A DNA stretch of 64,000 nt from an uncultured cyanobacterium (GCA_963793425.1 CAWCAG010000007.1:832001-896000), one strand, 5' to 3'; shown: positions 19,600 to 29,839, numbered from the stretch's first letter. A program made the numbers and translations. Notes: a model not told the origin generated them from the sequence alone.

Positions 19600-19615
19600 G
19601 AAAAAGTAACAAGTA

Positions 19616-19774
19616 ATACCAAATCAGTGTTGAGTCCCATGACTTATTTGTTAGTGTAGGGTTCGCGTTCGCGAAGCGTCTCTCGTTGCCGTTAGGCTAC
19701 AGGGAGCAGGGAGCAGGGAGATGGGGGAATAGAATAATTAGCAATTAGCAACTAGCAACTAGCCACTAGCAATT
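19616..19774. repeat. Composite repeat: MITE-like left end, small palindromic element, GGGAGCA repeats and TAGCAAy heptamers
   Basis: ataccaaatcagtgttgagtcccatgacttatttgt; gttcgcgttcgcgaagcgtctctcgttgccgttaggc; (agggagc)n; (tagcaay)n. Confidence 0.75.
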
Positions 19775-20374
19775 CTACTGTTCCATTGCTGAGCGACCCT
19801 GTTTAGCCAATCTAATCAGAATAAAGTAGGCTAGATAAATTGTATAAATACAAAGTGCCACTATCCCCATAAAGCCTAGAAATCCTGGACTAGAGCCACC
19901 GTGAACCAAGTTTCCGTAGCCCCAAGGTGCTTCTAACCAAGCCCGACAAAAAGAACTTTTAATTTTGGCTTGGGGGAATAAAGCACACTGCAAAGCAGGA
20001 GTTGTAGCTAGTAGTCCTAAAATACAGTAAATAGTAGTTGCCCAGCGCCAGGAAGTTACGGCTAACCGAAGGAAGCGCTGGGGTTGATCGGCGATTTCTT
20101 CATTGAGATCGACCCAAAACCAAAGAGAGATGGGGATTAAAATCCTAGCAAACCAGCCTGTAACAAAACCAAGGGGCCAACTAGGAATCAAAAGATAAAC
20201 TGTGATCATCAGTAAACTAGCAACACGCCAGTAGACAATCAAAAGTCGCTGAACCCCCTCGGCTTTTTTGACAAAGGCCCAGATTAATAAAATTAAGGGC
20301 AATAGTACAGTAAAAATTACGGCTAACTTGTAGTCTGTCCAGACTAATGGTTGAAACCACATTTCATCGGGCAT
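19775..20374 (-). CDS. DUF3177 family membrane protein
   Basis: LVWTDYKLAV, YWRVASLL, LWFWVDLNEE and C-terminal KQGRSA motifs. Confidence 0.8.
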   Translation of the reverse strand: MPDEMWFQPLVWTDYKLAVIFTVLLPLILLIWAFVKKAEGVQRLLIVYWRVASLLMITVYLLIPSWPLGFVTGWFARILIPISLWFWVDLNEEIADQPQRFLRLAVTSWRWATTIYCILGLLATTPALQCALFPQAKIKSSFCRAWLEAPWGYGNLVHGGSSPGFLGFMGIVALCIYTIYLAYFILIRLAKQGRSAMEQ

Positions 20375-20537
20375 GGATCTTCTGCAAAGAAAGGGAATAA
20401 GATTTGGTAGTAAAGTTAAGAGCTATAGAGTTCAGGTGGCATAAAAATAAGCCAAAAGCCTTTTTAGCTACTAAAACTGAACTTTTATATTTTATACTTT
20501 CTTATTCCCTATTCATCTTTAAATGTGAGCTTGACTT

Positions 20538-20762
20538 CTAATCATCGTAGATTCTGCACTCAGCCGCTTCTGGATTATCATCACAGTATTTTTCTAAGGA
20601 GTTTTTTTTCGGGCCAGAAGATTTCTGGTGAGCAGCTTCTGCTTGTAATTCTTCTACAGCATCCCAAGCAGCCGCACAATCAGTAGAATCTGAATCAACA
20701 GAGCAGGCTTCACGGGCTTGCTGGCGTTCTTTTTCGATTTGTTCTTGTATGTTGTTACTCAT
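20538..20762 (-). CDS. cp12: Calvin cycle protein CP12 (canonical, both Cys pairs)
   Basis: CAAAWDAVEELQA core and YCDDNPEAAECRIYDD. Confidence 0.95.
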   Translation of the reverse strand: MSNNIQEQIEKERQQAREACSVDSDSTDCAAAWDAVEELQAEAAHQKSSGPKKNSLEKYCDDNPEAAECRIYDD

Positions 20763-20962
20763 GTTTCCTTTTTTTAGCGAGTTGTTTTTTTACTATACGA
20801 AGCTTTAACAAGCGGTATTGTTTGCCTTGCTCAAGATAAAACTGCAAACATCTTTAATTTTAAGACATAACATCTAGAGAGGATTTTTTCCTCGGATTGC
20901 TCCCAATCTTTTAAGATTTAAGCAAGCTTGAACTAAAGCACAATTATCAACACCCAAAAGCG

Positions 20963-22228
20963 ATGGCTAACCAATTCCAGTGGACAAATGCTTTATCAAC
21001 TCTTCCTTCCTTGGAAGCAGCAGTAAAGGAGGTGACAACTAGGGTTAAGCAATCCTTAGCTGCACCTCCTGAGTTGGGAATAGTATTTATTTCTTCAGCT
21101 TATGCTAGTGAATATCCCCGGTTGGTTCCTCTTTTACAAGCAGAGTTGCCTTTACCTGTACTCATTGGCTGTGGTGGTGCAGGCATTATTGGTATGGATA
21201 ACCAAGGCGAGGCTGTTGAGGTTGAAGATAATTGTGCTTTGAGTCTTAGCGTAGCTCATTTACCTGGGGTAGAAATTAAATCTTTTCAGATTCTAGGAGA
21301 TGATTTGCCGGATTCAGATAGTTCCCCCCAAAGTTGGAGCGAACTAATTGGGGTTTCTCCCCAAAAACAACCGCAATTTATTTTATTAGCTGACCCCTTT
21401 TCTTCTGGTATTAACGATTTGTTAGAAGGATTGGATTTTGCTTATCCTGGCTCTATTAAGGTAGGAGGATTGGCTAGTGCGGGGATGGTGGGAGTTCCTA
21501 ATGGGTTATTTGATTACTCTTCAACTCATCCCGACGAGTTTTTTCACCAACAAGGTACTGTAGGAGTTGCTTTGAGTGGGGAGATTTCTGTGGAAACTAT
21601 TGTGGCCCAAGGTTGCCGTTCTGTCGGCCCTTTATATCAAATAACCAAAGGAGAGCGTAATGTCATCCTGGAAATGGCTGATACAAACAACAGCCAAATG
21701 GCAACTGATTGTACCCCACGCCCCCCTTTAGAGTTGCTTAGAGAGTTAATCCATGATTTAAGCGAGTCTGACCGACAGTTGGCGCAGAACTCTCTTTTCG
21801 TTGGAGTTATTAGAGATGAGTTTAAACTTAATTTAGGGCAAAGGGATTTTTTGATCCGTAATTTGGTAGGAGTAGATCCCCGCGTCGGGGCAGTTGCCAT
21901 CGGCGATCGCGTCCGTCCCGGACAACGTATTCAATTTCATTTAAGAGATTCCCAAACTTCCGCAGAAGATTTAGAAAAATTGCTTAAGAATTATCAACAA
22001 CAAAGTAACAGTGAATCTTTTGGAACTGGGGTTTTGATGTTTGCTTGTTTGGGTCGCGGAGCAAGACTTTACAATCAACCTAATTTTGATTCTAATTTGT
22101 TACGCAGTTATCTAAAAGATGTACAGTTAGGTGGTTTTTTCTGTAATGGTGAAATTGGCCCCGTGGGAGGAAGTACTTTTCTCCATGGCTATACTTCCGC
22201 CTTCGGCATTTTTCGCCAACGGTCGTGA
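20963..22228 (+). CDS. FIST N/C domain protein
   Basis: LIGCGGAG, GGLAS, VAQGCR, FACLGRG, GFFCNGEIGP. Confidence 0.92.
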   Translation: MANQFQWTNALSTLPSLEAAVKEVTTRVKQSLAAPPELGIVFISSAYASEYPRLVPLLQAELPLPVLIGCGGAGIIGMDNQGEAVEVEDNCALSLSVAHLPGVEIKSFQILGDDLPDSDSSPQSWSELIGVSPQKQPQFILLADPFSSGINDLLEGLDFAYPGSIKVGGLASAGMVGVPNGLFDYSSTHPDEFFHQQGTVGVALSGEISVETIVAQGCRSVGPLYQITKGERNVILEMADTNNSQMATDCTPRPPLELLRELIHDLSESDRQLAQNSLFVGVIRDEFKLNLGQRDFLIRNLVGVDPRVGAVAIGDRVRPGQRIQFHLRDSQTSAEDLEKLLKNYQQQSNSESFGTGVLMFACLGRGARLYNQPNFDSNLLRSYLKDVQLGGFFCNGEIGPVGGSTFLHGYTSAFGIFRQRS

Positions 22229-22232
22229 TGTT

Positions 22233-22333
22233 ATACCTTTGTTGTATGAGTTATTTGTTAGGGCAGGGAGCTAGGGAGCTAGGGAGCTGGGGTTTGACAA
22301 CTTTGTTCGGTCGATATGAACCGGATTTAGTAT
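22233..22333. mobile_element. MITE-like repeat copy with internal (GGGAGCTA)n
   Basis: atacc...atgagttatttgttagggcagggagctagggagctagggagctgggg...ccggatttagtat. Confidence 0.55.
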
Positions 22334-22434
22334 TAGTTAGGAAACTTCTCTTTCGATTGGTGAAGATTGGCGATCGCTAACAGGAAATTTCCTAAAATTG
22401 AGTTAGATAACAGGAAAACAAAGCAAGAAAGCTG

Positions 22435-22780
22435 ATGATTGCTAATTTCAAATCTCCCGACATGACTCCGCAAGAGTATCTAGAGTGGGAAAAAAGACAA
22501 GAACTTCGTTACGAATATATCGATGGTGAAGTTTTTGCTATGACTGGCGGGACGAAACCTCACAACCGCATTGCTGGAAATTTATATACGGCTTTAGATA
22601 GTTTTTTGGCAGAAAAAGGTTGCGATATTTATATAGCAGATGTGAAGGTACAAGTCTCTCCTTCTGGGCCATATCATTATCCTAATGTGATGGTAACTTG
22701 TGATGCTAGGGACAAGGAATCAAACGATAACTGTTAAAGAACTTTATCGTAAGGTGAAATTTGACCTTAGTAATGATTGA
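22435..22780 (+). pseudogene. Uma2 family endonuclease pseudogene (internal deletion plus frameshift)
   Basis: Typical N-terminus (MTPQEYLEWE..RYEYIDGEVFAMTGGT..HNRI); frame stops at 22737; the central IEVLSPST motif is missing; a Uma2-like tail ITVKELYRKVKFDLSND* follows in another frame to 22780. Confidence 0.8.
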
Positions 22781-23259
22781 GGAATTATCTACAATTAGGT
22801 TAGACAGTTAAAGCAGAGTAAGAAAGCTAAGGAGGGGGTAGGTATATAAGCTTTGGTTTAGTTAAGTTCGGTTTGCTATCAAATCTTTTGAATTTACATA
22901 ACTTCAACTAAAAATTTGTCAAGGGCCGAAAGTTCTTTCAAAGGACGCATTTACGTGGTTTAATAGAAAAATCAGAAAATCATACTCCTTCCCTTGTATC
23001 CAAAATTAAATTTTAATCTCTACAAGCCAGACAGCGCTTTGGTTTTGCTCATTTCTATCTTCAGAATCCCGGTTATTCAAGATGTTTGGACGCACAAATT
23101 TTGGAGTAATTCTCAAAGTTTTTTTGACAAAACCGACATTTTCAGCTAAAGAAATTTTAGAAATTATTCTTGTTCTCTATTTCTCTATCGCTTTTTTCTG
23201 ACTTGACATGATATTATGTACAAGGTGGAAAAGGTGCGTCCTTAAAAACGGTTTTTTGA

Positions 23260-24618
23260 ATGTTCCAAACAACTCGTTACCGTTTAGCCCTTTGGTACAC
23301 TATTCTTACAGCAGTATTGCTTTTAGTTTTTGCTACAGGATTTTATTTTTACGTTCGCACCACCTTAATTGAACGTATTGACGACACCCTCAAACACGTA
23401 GTCGAAGTCGTAGAGCGATCGCTAGTTGTTGAACCTACACAAAATACTGCATCAGGCTACCAAGTTAGCTTAGAAGCCAGTTTTCGGGATAACGGCGGAG
23501 TTTTAGAAGACGATCACATTGAGATTGAATGGTTTAGCCCTAATGGTAAATTACTTTGGTCTACCTTCAGTGAACCCCTTGATATTCCCTTAAATCCTAA
23601 ACGGGTAGGAGAAACCGTTGCGGATCACCTCCTACGCCAGTTTACAGAAAGAGTTGATCTTCAGCGTCTTGTTGCTAGTAACTCTCGCCGTCACTTTATC
23701 TTAGGTTATTTGCGAGTTAGTCATCCTTGGTTTGAGGTGACAAAACCCATCCGCCAACTAATTTTTGATTTAACTTTGGGGACAATTTTTACTATTGGTT
23801 GCGTTGCTGCTATGGGTTGGTTTCTTTCTGGTATAGCCATGAAACCTGTTAAAGACTCCTATCAAAGTTTAAAACAGTTCACCGCCGACGCTTCCCATGA
23901 ACTACGTAACCCCATTGCCATGATTCAAACCAATGTGCAAATGGCGCTAAACTATCCTGAAGCAGAACCACAATTGTTGCAAAGGCAACTTCAGGTAGTC
24001 GAAAGGTTAACTAAGCGTTTAGGCAATTTGGTTAATGATCTCCTCTTCCTCGCCCGTTCCGATAGCGGTATAGTGCAAGTAAACTTTCAGCCCCTGTCCT
24101 TAGATGCTTTGTTAATCGAGGTTATTGAAGAACAAAGAGTTGTAGCAGAACAAAAAAGTATTTTTCTTTCTCTTCACTTAGTAGAACCCCAAAATAAAAG
24201 TCTTGAAGATGATATTTTTACCCTTAAAGGAGACTGGGATCAGTTAGCACGTTTATTTACCAACCTAATTAGCAATGCTTTGGAACATACCAATTCCTCA
24301 GATTCACAAGCATCCATTGAAGTAGAATTAAAAGCGAGTAAGCGTGATCGCCAGGAATATTTACAAGTTGAGATCAAAGATAATGGCGTAGGTATTCCTG
24401 AATCTGCCTTACCTCATCTCTTTGATCGTTTTTATCGCCTCGATCCTGCCCGCCCTCATCAACAGAGTAATAGCGAAGCAACTTCAGCCGGATTGGGTTT
24501 AGCGATCGCCAAAGCAATTGTCGAAAATCATCAAGGAAAAATTTTTGTCACCAGCATTATCAACCAAGGAACAACTTTTACTGTCATGCTTCCTGCTGCT
24601 GAATTTGAGGAAAAGTAG
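23260..24618 (+). CDS. Membrane sensor histidine kinase (ManS/RppB-like)
   Basis: Two TMs, H-box FTADASHELRNP, NLISNA, DNGVGI, FDRFYR, GLGLAIAK. Confidence 0.9.
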   Translation: MFQTTRYRLALWYTILTAVLLLVFATGFYFYVRTTLIERIDDTLKHVVEVVERSLVVEPTQNTASGYQVSLEASFRDNGGVLEDDHIEIEWFSPNGKLLWSTFSEPLDIPLNPKRVGETVADHLLRQFTERVDLQRLVASNSRRHFILGYLRVSHPWFEVTKPIRQLIFDLTLGTIFTIGCVAAMGWFLSGIAMKPVKDSYQSLKQFTADASHELRNPIAMIQTNVQMALNYPEAEPQLLQRQLQVVERLTKRLGNLVNDLLFLARSDSGIVQVNFQPLSLDALLIEVIEEQRVVAEQKSIFLSLHLVEPQNKSLEDDIFTLKGDWDQLARLFTNLISNALEHTNSSDSQASIEVELKASKRDRQEYLQVEIKDNGVGIPESALPHLFDRFYRLDPARPHQQSNSEATSAGLGLAIAKAIVENHQGKIFVTSIINQGTTFTVMLPAAEFEEK

Positions 24619-24665
24619 GGGAAAAGAAGCTGAACCTCATACAAAATCGGTGTTTAGTTGCCCAT

Positions 24666-25640
24666 TCAGGGACTGACGGTAACAAGAGGATAACTATCAA
24701 CGGGCAAAGCTGCCCATTCCCACATTGAACCAGGATAATTTTTAGCCTGGAAACCAAGCTCATTTAGTACCACAGTTAACCAAGCAGAACGTACACCTCC
24801 TGTACAATAACTCACAATTAACCGCTCAGATTCAATACCTTTTGCTGCCAACATAAAGAGAATTTTATCCCTAGCTAGTAACTTACCATCTGTTCCTAAC
24901 AACTCTTTATAGTGGAGATGAACTGCACCGGGAATATGTCCTCCCCGATCTTCTCCGTAAGGTGTTTTACCCTCATACTCGCGACTTTCCCTGGTATCAA
25001 TAATGACCAAATCCTGGGGAGGTAAACGAGCTTTAAGTTCCTCTTTGCTAATTTTCCAATCATTTCTCAATTTCACAGCAAAGTTACCTTTACTTTGAAC
25101 TACTTTCTCAAGCTTTACCCCTGCTGCTAATAATGCTTGGTATCCCCCATCTACTAATACCGCTTGATTATGCCCCATGGTACGCAACATCCAAACGATA
25201 CGCCCTTCTTCTCCCCAACCCTTAAGAAGATTACCAAAAACAACTACAGGGTTATCTTGATTAATGCCTAGCCTTTGTAATTTTTGGGTTAATACTTGCT
25301 CGTCTTCTAACAGCTTTCCTCGATGGGGATGAGATGGCTGAGAAAAGTTCTGCCAATTAATTTGTTTAGCCCCCATAATTTTGCCCTTAAGCAAACTAAA
25401 GGAACGAGCATCAAGTAAAACGGCTCTTTGGTCTACAATAATTTTGGCTTGCTCTCCACTAACTATCCACTGATTCTCCCAGTCAAGATTAGCAGAATGA
25501 TCAGTAATAAATTTTGCTGTACTTTCTCTAACCAGAGAAGATTGGGTTGGGTTGGCAAAGTAATAAACTACGGCTATTACAGAAATTAAACTAAGTAATA
25601 TAAGGATTTTAAAAGGATTAGAGAACAAATAATCAAACAT
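24666..25640 (-). CDS. Tandem rhodanese sulfurtransferase with N-terminal membrane anchor
   Basis: GGHIPGA, active-site loop YCTGGVRS, YPGSMWEW. Confidence 0.9.
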   Translation of the reverse strand: MFDYLFSNPFKILILLSLISVIAVVYYFANPTQSSLVRESTAKFITDHSANLDWENQWIVSGEQAKIIVDQRAVLLDARSFSLLKGKIMGAKQINWQNFSQPSHPHRGKLLEDEQVLTQKLQRLGINQDNPVVVFGNLLKGWGEEGRIVWMLRTMGHNQAVLVDGGYQALLAAGVKLEKVVQSKGNFAVKLRNDWKISKEELKARLPPQDLVIIDTRESREYEGKTPYGEDRGGHIPGAVHLHYKELLGTDGKLLARDKILFMLAAKGIESERLIVSYCTGGVRSAWLTVVLNELGFQAKNYPGSMWEWAALPVDSYPLVTVSP

Positions 25641-25955
25641 TAGCCATCAGAACTATTAATAAAATAATTTTTTCCAATCAGTTACTCTGCAAGTTACTCT
25701 ATATATTAATTAATCGAAGAAAAAACAGACAAAACTTTAGACAGAAAAAATATCTTCAAACCCTTACTCTGCAATAATTAGCTCTATATATTTATCAATA
25801 CTTAAGTCTCTACTTTGCTTTTTGAGTATTATTTGCAAAACAAATGTTACAAGTATTTGCCAATTTGAAAATCGCCACAATAGATACAAACAAGTTTCCT
25901 GTTCAAGCTACAATTACGCAGTGATGTGAAAATTTTTATAATTATCTAACGATTA

Positions 25956-26156
25956 ATGTCAATTAAATTATCTAGTGCCAATCCTTCACCAAATACTGTT
26001 AAAGATGCCTGGGACATGAAAAGCTTAGGAACAGTCAATAACAGCAGCTTTCCTCAGAAATCTCCTTATCAAGCCGACCAACAAGTCAAATACTTATCCC
26101 TAGAAGCAGAGATAGAGTTTTTGATGCAAGAACTGAGAACTATGCAGCAAAAATAA
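25956..26156 (+). CDS. Small hypothetical protein with C-terminal coiled coil
   Basis: 66 aa; YQADQQVKYLSLEAEIEFL resembles a conserved cyanobacterial small-protein motif; followed by a clear terminator. Confidence 0.65.
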   Translation: MSIKLSSANPSPNTVKDAWDMKSLGTVNNSSFPQKSPYQADQQVKYLSLEAEIEFLMQELRTMQQK

Positions 26157-26182
26157 GCCCGCTACTTCTTCAGAATTAACAT

Positions 26183-26213
26183 AGCTCCTGCTCAAAAAAG
26201 TAGGAGCTTTTTT
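26183..26213 (+). terminator. Rho-independent terminator
   Basis: AGCTCCTGCT-CAAAAA-AGTAGGAGCT followed by a T run. Confidence 0.8.
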
Positions 26214-26335
26214 GATAAAATATTTAATATAAGGCGATCGCAAGCATTACCTAAAATTCTATTTAATCTTTTGTCTGGTTGCCCTTCCTAATAAGAGCCT
26301 AATTTAGCTTCATAAAGCAGGTCTACAGACAGTCT

Positions 26336-26791
26336 ATGGGTCTTTTGTGGCAATATCTTAAAACAATCCTCGGCATCATCTTCCGCCATCCCCTTACTGG
26401 TGTAAGCATTATTCCTATTTTACCAGATGGAAACATAGTTCTGATTCGGCGCAGAGATACAGGTAAATGGTCTATACCAGGGGGTTTTATTGATTGGGGA
26501 GAAAATATTTCCACAACGGTTAAGCGCGAATTAAAAGAAGAAACAGGCTTAGAATTGTTAGCTATGGGGCGCTTAGTGGGGGTTTACTCAGAGATGAATC
26601 GAGATCCGAGAGTTCATTCAATTTGCATTTTAGTAGAAGCCCAAGTCCAAGGAGCTATTAATCTACAAGATGAGTTAGAAGTAACAGAAGTAAAAATTTT
26701 TACTCGCGAAACTATCCCCCTTAATAATTTATCCTATGACCACAATCGTCAAATGAAAGATTACTTAGAAGGTAACAATATTATAGCCTAA
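26336..26791 (+). CDS. NUDIX hydrolase
   Basis: Nudix box PGGFIDWGENISTTVKRELKEETGL. Confidence 0.93.
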   Translation: MGLLWQYLKTILGIIFRHPLTGVSIIPILPDGNIVLIRRRDTGKWSIPGGFIDWGENISTTVKRELKEETGLELLAMGRLVGVYSEMNRDPRVHSICILVEAQVQGAINLQDELEVTEVKIFTRETIPLNNLSYDHNRQMKDYLEGNNIIA

Positions 26792-26853
26792 TAGCTTAGG
26801 CTAATGAAAGGAAATAAAGATTTTTTAACGTTACCTGTTACCCATTGCCTCCG

Positions 26854-29340
26854 CTAATATTTAACGGGAATTTCAATAATAAACTCTGTACCTTTTTGGG
26901 GTAGAGAATAGCAATTCAGCTTTCCTTTATGTTTGTCTACAATAATTTGATAACTAATAGATAAACCTAAACCCGTACCTTTGCCTACAGGCTTAGTAGT
27001 GAAAAAAGGATCAAAAATCCGAGATTGGACTTTTTCAGGAATACCGGGTCCGTTATCACTGATGCTGATAACAACAGAGGCATCTTCTTGCTTAGTAACA
27101 ATAGTTATAATATTGGGAGCTGCTTCTATATCCTGATAAGAGCGACCTTGATTATGCTCTTCTAGGGCATCAATGCTATTAGCTAAAATATTCATAAATA
27201 CCTGATTTAGCTGTCCCAAATTACATTCTACATGAGGAAAATCGCCATAGCTTTTGTTAATAATAATTTGCGGACATTCAGCTCTAGCTTTGATACGATT
27301 ACTCAGAATAAGTAGAGTACTATCAATACCATTATGAATATCTACTGGTTTTCTCTCTGCTTCATCAGTACGGGAAAAATTGCGTAGGGATTGAACAATG
27401 TCTCGAATCCGATTAGTTCCTAACTTCATAGAATCGATAAGTTTAGGCAAATCCTTAGCCAAAAACTCCCAATCTATTTCTTCAATCTTTTGTTGTATTT
27501 CTGCTTCTGGTATAGGATAGTAGCGGTTATAAAGATTGACTAAACTAAGCAAATTTCTCGCATATTCATCTGCATGGGCGAGGTTGCCGTAAATAAAGCT
27601 GACAGGATTATTAATTTCATGGGCTATGCCTGCTACTAATTGCCCTAAGCTAGACATTTTTTCATTTTGAACAAGCTGCGCTTGGGTATACTGAAGCTCT
27701 TTTAATGTTCCTTCTAGCTTATTCGCTTTGTCTCTTTCTCTTGTTTCGGAGTGGCTAAGAGCTTTGTTCAATTGTGCTAGTTCATCTGCGGTACGAAGCA
27801 CAATTTTAATGATCGATTTTTTCAAAGTTAAAGCAGCTTCTATTTCGCAAGATTTCCAAGGCAAAGATTTTAACTTAACTGTTTCTTCCCAGTCAGCAAA
27901 AGATTTACGAGGACAAGAAATTAGTTGCCCTTGTTGATCTATTTTGAATTCTTGTTCTGGTTTCCCGGCCCAATTTACTGTTTGTAACTGTTCCGATCTA
28001 AACCAGAGAATATATTTTTTTTGAGTTCTAGAGATTGCCACCGCCAGCATACCACTAGCAATACTTTTTATAGTTAAGGTTTTTGGTTCTAACCTCGCGA
28101 AGGAATCAGTATGAAAAACCTTGTCAAAATGATTATTTTTTTCTAACCAAGTAACTAAATCCCTAATCTCTTCTCGGCTTGGAGTTTGCCCAACAAAAGT
28201 ACAGTTTTCTCCTAGAAGAATGACTGCTCCTGTAGCACTTACTAGATCAAGTAAGTTGGGTTGGTATTTAATCAAACCTTCTACAAAGTTTGTTTCCTGA
28301 GACATGAAAGCCAGTAATTCAGCTTGAATAGATTTTAGTTTTATTTTGTAGTCATAGTCTTCATTTTGTTCTTTGTTAGTTAATTCCAAAGACATGGATT
28401 GACCAAAAAACTCACAGGCTGCCCGTACTTCATAGGAAACAGATTTAGGAAGATAGTTATGACAAGCAATTATGCCCCAGAGCTTTTGCTCTTTAACTAA
28501 AGAAATTGTCAAAGAAGAAGCTACCCCCATATTCTCAAGATAATTTCGATGGCATTCTGGAGTACTTCTTAATACAGACAAACTTAAATCGAGAGGAGCT
28601 TCGTCTAGAGGATGATATTCTGGGATTATCGGTATTGGCAAACTATTAACATTAGCAATTAATCTTAACTTGTTTTTGACAGCTATATCTTGGCTAATTT
28701 GTGGTATTTCCCAAGCAGGAAAGTGTAAACCCAAAAAGGAGTTTAATTGCTTATTTCTTGATTCTGCTATAACTTCTCCACTACCATCATTGTCAAATCT
28801 ATAGACCATAACGCGGTCAAATTTAGTTAACTTACGTACTTCTAGAGCAGCAATATGACAAAGTTGCTGAATATTGCTGGCACGATTAAGTTTAGTAATG
28901 GCTAGCTTAATTAAATAGTAGAAATCAATAAAAGTAACTACAGTTTTAGAATTAGTTGGTTCTAGCTCTAAAATAAGTTTTTGATCTGAGCGGTGTAAAA
29001 TTCCATCGAATAAAACGAACTTACCAGCTACTTTTATAGATAGCTTAATTGGGTTGATGGTTTGTAAATCAATTTGGGACAAATAATTCTTTAAACTTTC
29101 TATTTGAGAAGGGCGAAAGAGAATATTTAGCTTTTTTCGTAATAACTTTTCGGGATAATGCCCTAAATACTCAAACGTATTGTTACTGACTTGCAAGATT
29201 TCAAGTTCAGGTTCTTTTAAGACAAACAGTACTCCTTGAGACTGGATACTGCCAATCATCAGAATAGATTCCTTAGTATATGTAGTAAAATCTCGTTCTG
29301 ACTTTCGGAGTTGACTGCCGATGGTTTTATTTAATTCCAT
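26854..29340 (-). CDS. Knotted phytochrome histidine kinase (PAS-GAF-PHY-HisKA-HATPase), Cph1-like
   Basis: GSIQSQG, FDRVMVYRF, GAF Cys-His in LRSTPECHRNYLENMGV, tongue WAG and PRKSF, H-box GIAHEINNP, GTGLGLS. Confidence 0.9.
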   Translation of the reverse strand: MELNKTIGSQLRKSERDFTTYTKESILMIGSIQSQGVLFVLKEPELEILQVSNNTFEYLGHYPEKLLRKKLNILFRPSQIESLKNYLSQIDLQTINPIKLSIKVAGKFVLFDGILHRSDQKLILELEPTNSKTVVTFIDFYYLIKLAITKLNRASNIQQLCHIAALEVRKLTKFDRVMVYRFDNDGSGEVIAESRNKQLNSFLGLHFPAWEIPQISQDIAVKNKLRLIANVNSLPIPIIPEYHPLDEAPLDLSLSVLRSTPECHRNYLENMGVASSLTISLVKEQKLWGIIACHNYLPKSVSYEVRAACEFFGQSMSLELTNKEQNEDYDYKIKLKSIQAELLAFMSQETNFVEGLIKYQPNLLDLVSATGAVILLGENCTFVGQTPSREEIRDLVTWLEKNNHFDKVFHTDSFARLEPKTLTIKSIASGMLAVAISRTQKKYILWFRSEQLQTVNWAGKPEQEFKIDQQGQLISCPRKSFADWEETVKLKSLPWKSCEIEAALTLKKSIIKIVLRTADELAQLNKALSHSETRERDKANKLEGTLKELQYTQAQLVQNEKMSSLGQLVAGIAHEINNPVSFIYGNLAHADEYARNLLSLVNLYNRYYPIPEAEIQQKIEEIDWEFLAKDLPKLIDSMKLGTNRIRDIVQSLRNFSRTDEAERKPVDIHNGIDSTLLILSNRIKARAECPQIIINKSYGDFPHVECNLGQLNQVFMNILANSIDALEEHNQGRSYQDIEAAPNIITIVTKQEDASVVISISDNGPGIPEKVQSRIFDPFFTTKPVGKGTGLGLSISYQIIVDKHKGKLNCYSLPQKGTEFIIEIPVKY

Positions 29341-29531
29341 TGTAAGTTAGAAAATTATAGTTAGGGAGAAATAGGGAAAAACGGTAACTTACTAATATAC
29401 TTTTATACCCTTGATTTCCAGACAATTACTTGATTTAGGAAAAAATTATTGGCACGAGCTAATTACTTCGTGGCAAAAGGTAATTAGGGTGTTTATTTTT
29501 TCAGCAAAGTATTGTTCTATGATACAGATAT

Positions 29532-29558
29532 AGACGTAGATGTAGATGTAGATGTAGA
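29532..29558. repeat. Hexamer tandem repeat (GTAGAT)n in the phytochrome upstream region
   Basis: agacgtagatgtagatgtagatgtaga. Confidence 0.8.
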
Positions 29559-29839
29559 GGCAGCCAGCTTTTATTTGATTTTAAGAGTGATTTCTACGAA
29601 ATACAGATTACGGAAATAAGAAATGCAACTTTGCTCTGTTACCTTATAAATATACTAGGTATTTAAGCAGCTTTCCGCATCAGATAGAATATTTTAACGG
29701 TCTATCGATTATAAAGAAGCAAGTAAGCAAAGTAGACAGGGAAAGCCGATTTGATTTATTGTCACAACTAAGACAGTATAAATGAGTCAATTCTCTATAT
29801 AATCTAAAATTAGAAGAATTTAATTCTTGTTAAAAAATA

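Noticed and set aside
25830..25860. Possible NtcA box upstream of the 66-aa gene
   Set aside because: Does not fit GTA-N8-TAC spacing
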